Positions 54,101-63,100 of a stretch of DNA of 64,000 bases are shown here, piece by piece; positions within the stretch are counted from its first letter, which is position 1; each line of letters opens with the position of its first letter. The position numbers and the translations under genes are program-made. Source of the DNA: Asterias rubens (taxonomy: Eukaryota); assembly GCF_902459465.1 (NCBI RefSeq), contig NC_047073.1:310001-374000 (forward strand). Reading direction: 5' to 3'. Below the pieces are notes generated by a model that was not told the origin of the DNA, searched no databases, and saw only the letters and a list, made by a program, of their open reading frames with translations.

Positions 54101-57100
54101 GTTTTTGGCTGGTTTTGTGCTTACAGCTTACAGCTGGTTTTGTGAATTTAGAGCAAGGTTTTGTGCTTACTGGAAAATCTAAGCTTGACTCTTGATCTGA
54201 TAGTCGTATTGATTTTGATTGATTTTGCCTACTCACAGCTTCCACCCCAGTCCACCTGGCAGTGCAGGTCTCTTGATAAAATCTACATCTATTCAAGGCT
54301 TGAGTCAGAGAGTAGCTACAGCTCATCAATCGCTGAATATGAGGCAGATGTTACTGAAGCCATCATTAGTTCTTTGATGCCATGTACTGGATACAGTGTT
54401 GTTGTCACCTTCACTAATCGAGATGGGAGATCCAGTCCAGGCAGTGTTACAGCAACAGAGACTACTGATGCTGCGGGTAAGTGTAGTATAAATAAAGGTT
54501 TAATGGTTGTATGGGTAAGTGTAGTATAAATAAAGGTTTAATGGTTATATGGCTTCTGACTGGCACTGTGGATCAAAGATACTGACAAAATAAGGAGACC
54601 GCAAACATAAGGCTAGTTTAGCTCAGTTGAATGAGCGCCGGCACGTTAATCCGGAGGCCGTTGGTTCAAATCCTGCTCTAGTAATTTTTTCTTTGTTCAC
54701 AACCCACAATCAGCAAAGTTTGGAGTATAACTTGAATAATTGATTAATGACAAGGTCTGAACCTGCCGTGGCTTTACTATAAAGGACTGACACAAAGTTG
54801 GTATCCATTATCACTATAGGCATCAGGTTGGCTTAAAAAATAATGATAATAATAATAATGCATTTATAATGCGCCATCTATCTAGTGTACAAGACCCTAT
54901 TCCCAGGCGCAGAACAAAAACCAATACATATACAACAAAAAAAGAAATATATAGAATACAATACAAAATTATACAATGAATAATCTACTGTCAAGACAAG
55001 TAACAAGCTAAGTGTATGAGGATTTAAATAAAGGAGTTTTCAGCAAGTTTCTAAACAATGGAAGAGAACTACAGCATCTGATGTTATTAGGTAAAGCGTT
55101 CCAAAGTTTAGGAGCACAAGGGGAAAAGGCCTGATCGCCATATGATGAGGAAGTTCTAGGAAAAGTTAAAAGGGACTTAGCAGAAGAACGAAGAGTGCGA
55201 GAGGGAGTGTAAGGTACAAGAAGATTTGCAATGTAAGACGGAGTTAAGCCGATCTGAGATTTAAATGCAATAAGTAAAATTGAATTGAATTCGTTGTCGA
55301 ATGGGAAGCCAGTGAAGCTCCTGCAATATAGGTGTAATATGATCATGTTTTTTAGATTTTGTTAAAACACGAGCGGCAGCATTTTGTAAAAGTTGTAGTT
55401 TGTGGAGCTGGTATTCAGTAACTCCGTATAACAGTGAATTACCATTGTCAAGGCGAGAAGTGACCAAAGAATGGATGATAGTAGCAGCAGTTTTATGGGA
55501 TAAGGTTTTCCGAATGGTATTTACAGTTCTTAAGTAATAATATGTATTGACAGATTCTGCTGACATGTTTATCCATGGATAAGGTGTTATCAAAAATAAT
55601 TCCCAAATTACGCGCACAAGGTGAGGCGTGAAAGGAGGCACTGTCAACATGGATGTTATGATCAATGATTTTATGACGTTGATGTCTTGGAGTTATAATG
55701 GAAACTCTGGAACAATCTACCCCTTGAAATTCGTCAGTCTTCTTCATTGACTGTATTTAAATCCTGCTTAAAAACCCACCTGTTTTCCTCACGTTTTTGT
55801 GATTAATTTGTGGTTCTTTTCTTTTCTTTCTTTTCTTTATGTTAGTGCGCCATGAGCGTCAGTCATGGCGGATACCGGTGCCTTATAAATTTTCATTATT
55901 ATTATTATTATTTTGTTTGTTACCGGTACCTCTATTTGCAGCTCCTGGTCCTGTGCAGTCTTTGGATGTAAGTCAGGATACAACAGGATCTGACATTCAG
56001 CTAAGGATTACTTGGTCTGCTCCAACTGAGAATAATTGCCCAGTTGATGATTACATTATTCAACATGGCCTGACCAGGGTTCTGGCCTGTGATGCAGACA
56101 TTGAGTCCCCTCGTTTTGAAGTTCAGACAACTAGTATCACAAGAATGCATCTTACGAACCTGCTGGCCAATTCAAGATACTTTGTGTCTGTGATTGCTAG
56201 GAATACTATTGGAAGCTCGACATACACCCCTATATACAAAACTACAAGTAAAAAAGGTGGGTATATTCAATTATTGGTATATCCCATTGAATTTTCATGG
56301 AATATTTTAATTGTTGTACATGGAATTGTTATTCCAAAAGTTGCTGCTTGAAGAAAAAAATTAACCAAATAGTTGGGAGTGTTGTATCAATTTTATACGC
56401 CAATTAAAGCACTTTAAACAGAACTGTTTTGCACAAGTGACATCATTGGTGCAGATTGCTGTTGATAGAGCCTGAAAAGGAAAATGTCTACCTCCATAAC
56501 CATTCTGGAAGTCAAATTGTACCCAAAGCTTCGTGTTCCTGCTGATAGCACCATGACCCTGGAATTCACTTTATGAAGACCTCGCACAAATTCTCTTGCT
56601 GCAGAGAAACTTAAAACACACTTGTTCATGCTTGCTTGCCATCAATTTGAGAATACTTGAATTTAACTCGTACTAGACTGGCGCCTTTGAATGTTTTTTT
56701 AAAAAGTGTGCCTCACAAATGCTGTATTATTTGTACTCAGTACAATAACACAGGAAAAATGACTTGTAAAATAATGTAAGCAAGATTCATGACCAAGTGA
56801 TGACATTAGGGCCCAATTTCATAGAGCTGCTAAGCACAAAAATTTGCTTAGAATGAACTTTCTTCCTTGATAGAAACAAGATTACTAACCAAATTTCCAC
56901 CTGATTTTCGGACTAAACAAACAACAGCTGTGAATACCAGTAACAAGCAATATGCAACAAATGTAAATTTGGTTGGTAATCCTGTTTATATCAAGGAAGA
57001 AATTTCATGCTAAGCATTTTTTTGTGCTTAGCAGCTCTGTTAAATTGGGCCCAGATGAATCGGGTCAATGCTTGTGATTGTTGCTTTATATCCAGTATTG

Positions 57101-60100
57101 ATAATACTTTTCTACATTTATCTCTCAGCGCCAAGCTTCGTACCAACAGTATCTGTTGCAGCATCTGATGTCACATCATTCAGCATACGCTTTACATGGA
57201 ATGATTACAACTGTACTGAACTCAATGGAGAATTTACATTTTACAATGTTATCCTGACTAAAGTTGACCAGCAGAATGGAGAGACAGCTCAAGGTTTTAA
57301 CTTAAACTCTCCAAGCCTAAGACAATATGGACTGAATCCTTGTACTAGATACAGATTTAAGGTTGCTGTGAAGAATGATATAGGGCTTGGATATTACAGT
57401 GATCCCGTTGAAGTCACTACATCCTCCGTGGGTATGTATTACTATGAATACTGTAATTATAGTAATAGCCTGAGGTTTTCACTCTAGCATGGTCTTTTCA
57501 AAGGCTTTCCCGAGAAAAGTCAGACCATTAACTATTGTTTGCATGTATACCGTTGGTCCTTTTGGTTGGTAAGCAGTTTGCAACAGCTATAATTCTATTT
57601 TAGTACTATAAAAGTACTAATAATATTAGATACATTTTTATAAAGTGCATATATAACTGGAAGAAATCTCAATGCACATGACAAAACTACAAAGACTGAG
57701 AGAATGCGATTTCAAAATATTTTTTTTCATGCCTAATGTAACAATTTTAGGGTCGTGGTGTAACATTAGGGTCGAAACGGAGCAATTTTTTCTTGGCCTA
57801 CCACAAGTGACATTCATTCAGTGGCTTTCTGCTTTTGTGTTTTTTTTTTGTTTAACCACAGTGGCATCTCTGCTGCAGTCAAAGCATTAAAGTGTAGAGT
57901 TTCTGTACTTTGTCATTAAACTTTGTAATGGTTTGCATTTTTCACACTCTTTTCTACAGTCCCAAACACAGTACGGAGTTTAACTGTGAATCCTGTACAA
58001 GGTTATCCTACAATTCTCAGCCTGCGATGGTCTAAGCCTGTTGGCGAATGCCCAATTGACTTCTATACAATCTCTTACAAACTGAGCTATGCATTCCAGT
58101 GTGAGTATACAACATTAGCTTCTAGAAACACATCTGGAACTACAATGGATACAATGTTTAACATCACAGGACTTCTGCCATATTCAACTTATTTTGTTTA
58201 TGTGAAGGCCAGCACTCCAGCTGGAGAAGGAGCATACTCGTATACGCGTGTTGCTACTGCTGAGGCAGGTAAGGTATCCAATTTAGGATTGAATTCCAAA
58301 AGGCTTTATTGTAATTAACCTTGATCCTTCCATATCAAATCATCATGCCTCTCTCTTATTCTTTTCTTATTCTTTCTTGTAAATAGACATGTACATGTAT
58401 AGATTAATGATTTTAAAGTTTCTGTTATGTATTTTGTAAGTTTTAGTATTTTTATAATGAATCCAACCGTATGTGGTTGCAAACAAAATGAACCTTACCT
58501 TCTATTTGACAAATTGAAATGATTTATTAAACCAAAATAAAGACCATTGTAGCCAAAGGATGAACTGTAGTCAAATTACAAAGAAAAGCAACATTAACAA
58601 CAAAACAATGTTAAAAATCGAGATTTAACAAGATCAATATAACGGTAGTGCCTTAAGAAAGTTTCAGAGACTGTTTTGTCATTCATCATAATGATGGAAG
58701 ATGTGTATACAATCAAATTTCCAAGGACAGAGGAATAGAGGCCTGATACACTCATTTAAAGTGTTCTTGGGTTCCTGATACACTCATTTAAAGTGTTCTT
58801 GGGTTACGGCAGTGGGTATGACACCCTATGTTCTGACACCCAGAACATCATTTGTTTTTGGTTGAGTTTTTGCATAAAAAACAAACTAGCCAAAATAATT
58901 TTTGTTTTGAAAGTTATCAACCGCATTCTTTGTCATTAATTGATTTTTTTCTTTACAGCACCGACTGAACCCCCATTGGATGTGGGCAATACTCACGTAG
59001 TGAAGAGATCACTTGAGTTTGACTGGAGTCCACCACCATGCCGCAGTAGACGTGGTGACATCACTGGCTACTCCTACAGACTGGTGAACTTAGATAGAGA
59101 CGATAACAATATTACAGGAGACACTGAGAATATAGGAGTTACAATTGAAAACCTGGTGCCTTATACGCTGTACTCGTTTCATGTGCTTGCCCGTACTGCT
59201 GCAGGGGATGGCCCATACAGTCAGGGCTTAGAAGTACGCACTTCTGAGGCTAGTAAGTTGATTTCTTGTAATCAAAGGCCCTTTATGAATTCATGGCTTC
59301 AGCTTTGGATTCGGCTTCAGGCTCCGTTCTTTAGTCTGAAGCCCTGAGTGCATCTGCAAAGGATGCGCAATCGCCGTCCAATGTCGTAGAGCTGCTTGAC
59401 CCTTTGGTGCACAGATTAATTTTTTAAAAACAAAACAAAAAAACATGTTCAACCGTGTTTTTCTCAAAATTTTTCAATAGCACTCCATGTTGAACCTCAC
59501 ACCAAACGAAAGCTAAACAACTGCTTTAAGCAACCAAATGAGGGCCGTATATATGGGGCTTGTAGTTTTTAAGTTATGACTGTTTATAAAAGTCCAACTT
59601 GAAGTGTTTTTGGTGGTCGCTAGTGACCGCCTTTGCACCAAAGGGTTCAGCACAAAAAATACTTAGCTTATCAAAATGATTTTTACCAGAATGAGGCTAC
59701 CAGCCAAACTACTATGTTTATCTACCATTTGTAACTGGTATCCTACCAAATTCTGCTTGTTCTAAGAAATATTAACAGGTTATTTTTTATGGTGAGTTAA
59801 TTGGAAATTATAAATGCAAATTAATTGTGTTTCCTAAAACCAATAATGTCTTTTTGCATTAATGTAGAACCTCCTCAAGTGATGATGGTCTCCACACCAA
59901 GTGGAGATGCGACATCAATCACAGTAGAATGGCACCGACCAGACCCACCACATGGAATAATCATAGCGTACTACGTTAGTTACTCTATGGTCACTCAAGA
60001 CGGGCTTAGTGATCCTGGTCAAAGCGAGACAGTTACAGATGGCTTGGATCAGAAAGTCCTGCAGTTAGTATTGACTGGTTTAGAATCCAATGCAAATTTC

Positions 60101-63100
60101 TCCATTAAGGTACAGCACATTAAAGTATAATAATATTATTTGTTTTTTACCCTTACACCGATGTGTATTTAGCACTTTATCCTTTCTCCAGAAGACGATC
60201 AGAGCATATGATCGAAACGTCAAGTTGAAACCAACGGTTCTTTTCAGAACCACCCCATCTCATTTAGAGATAGTCATTACATGGTGTTACCACAAACCTT
60301 TCCATACTGTATACTTTCCCAGGTTTTGTGTGGAAAAAAAATCTTCAGGCAAATCACTCAGGTGGGATTTGAACCCACAACCCTTTCATTGCTAGAGCAG
60401 ATACCCGGCGGCTAAAGACAGTTTGAATCCTATGCTATAGGAGGGGAAACCGCAATAATTTTATAGCATATGAAGAACTAGTGTGCATCTGCTCAACGCC
60501 TGTCACGGCGACCCGTTCAACACGGGAAATTCCCTTGAAGTTCACACACTCGGGAGACATATTCATCAGTTTAAGAAAAGTTATTTTGTTAAACTTACAA
60601 AGTCGCTCGGCATCGTATAGTATATATATTCCTCTTTCGAAACAGTACCCTTTTTATATAAATAAGAGCCAGTAAAGAGGGGCACTTTTTGGTTGAAAAA
60701 GATGCATTTTGACTAAAAAAATCAGTTTCCTATGGAGGTCACACCACATTTTGTCATTTTTTGTGGGGGTTGTCCCACTAAATTCAACGGCAAACTCGCT
60801 AGCAATCTCGCACCACCAGAAGTCGGATGGTTTATGAAACTAGATAAAATAAGCTTTCCATCCATGTAACATGTTTTGTGATTTGTGGACTGCAAAAAGG
60901 GGCACTTTTTGTGTCAAATCATGCAGTCCGTTAGAGAGCTTGCACCCCCAGAGTCTGGACTACGAGCCATATGGATAGTGCATTATGTGGCGGAAAGCTA
61001 GACCTCTTCAAACCGCGCGAAGCACAAACATCGTTTAATTGGAAGCAGGAAATACGTCGTTTGGCAAAGCTTTTTGCTGTTTTAATCCATCGTTCTTTAT
61101 GCCTCAACAATAAATTTATATCTAAGAAGCATTTTGGTTCAATAATGTAGCGTTTTTAATGTCCAAAGGTATATTTGAATAGTGGAAATTTGTGCTTTTC
61201 TTCGCCTCGAAAAATCACTCGACGTGGCTGGATTACTACATTTAGTTAATAGGGGTGTTTTTTGCCGAATATGTGGTGGGCATGCCAAAAATGCTAATAC
61301 TTCGTTAAAAAAATTGCAACATAAAATTATCATTCAACACATTAGTAGAAGGGTCCCATGTCCTTTTTTTGTTAAATGATGTACAGAAATATTGACGAAT
61401 CAAGTTTGTTGTGTAACATTAAACAATTTTTGTCATTGTTTATGTAAACTATGTTCAATATTTCTGTATAATAATTGTAATCTACTCTACATATGCGACT
61501 TTCAATGAAATTGATTTATTACTCCTACTAACTGCAATGTTTTTGTTTTAATTAAACCTTGTGCTTCCTGCCACTTCTTACGAAGTCTAGAAGTTTGATC
61601 CCCTAAAATGTAAATGAATTGTTCCATTCCCGGCTGTGCACTCAAGCCGTTACACAGTCGGCTCACACACAGCGTGAGGGATTATCTGCTCAAAACGGTG
61701 CCAAAGTTCTTCATATGTGTTATTTTTGCATCGGGGATAAAGATTATACAAACAAAAATACAGTATACAGTGCTTAATACACATTAATGTAAGGGTAAAA
61801 ACAATGTTTATTCTTTATTCGTGATGCAAAATATAACAATTATAAAATATAATTTTAGTTCATTTAGTCTTAAAATATTCCGTAATATCTGAGAGGCTTG
61901 AAATAGACATAGTGGTCCGTTCAAACACAAATGCTGAAGATGGTACTTATACTCAAGTGCCATCTTGGGTTTAGGCAGGTACTATAATAGTACTTTATCT
62001 CTGACTATCCACAAACAAGCCATTTGCGAGTTAGATTTTGATAATATCTAGCTCAGTCACAATGTACTGAATTTGAATTCCTCATACCCTATAGAGACAG
62101 TCGCTATGTCAAATTAATGGTTGGAGGCAAGCTTTTGTATAGCAACCTCCAGATGAGCAAACCCTGGTACTATTGTGTAATACACATCCTTTCAGATTCG
62201 TGTACGGGTTCACCGTCTCCTACGTAAGTAAGCAAAATCTTGCCCCTAATCCTGTGACATAGCAACTGTCTCAGTAGTCTGAGGAATTCAAATGGCTTAT
62301 TGACAAGTCTTTCTCTGCCCACCTGTAGGTTCAAGCAGAAACTTCTGTGGCTGTTGGAGACCCCAGCACACCTATCTATCGAATTACAAAGGAGGGTAGT
62401 AAGTACTATTTTACATCAAAAATTGTTTTACTTCAAACTATTTTCCATCAAGTTACATTTTGGGAATTAAATTGAGACATATGTGAACAGTACAGTTTTG
62501 CTTTAGTTTCTTTGACAGTGTGAAGTTCTATCTATTTTGTTTATTTTTTTTTTTTTTTTCATTAAATGTTTTTACTTCAAACTATATTATACTTCTAGTA
62601 CCATTTTACATTAAGTATTTTTTATGTAAGTACATAATATTTACACGAAGTACTATTTTGCAAACCATGCTATTTTCCACATTTTGCGAATTTTAAAACA
62701 TAGGTGAACAGTACAGTTTGCCTTTGCTACTTGGACAGTGTGAAATTCTATCTGTTTATTGTATTTTTTATATTTCCTATGAAGGATCTTGCTTTCAGAA
62801 ATTTAACCTTGAGTGTTTGATATGATTATAGTTCCAGGCCCACCATCATCTCTAAGAATTGGAAATAAAACGGAGACAGAGTTGGAGATAGAGTGGAACA
62901 AACCAATGGTACCAAATGGGAGAATTATCAACTACATTGTAAGTGTCAACAACAATAACAACAACAAACAACAACAATTATTTTTGATAAGAGACTCTTT
63001 GATAATATTTGTTTTAAATATGTTATTATAATTTGTATCTTAATTGTGATTTCTAAACTGCCATTTCTATATTTGTTGTTGCTTTTTAAAATATTGTTTT

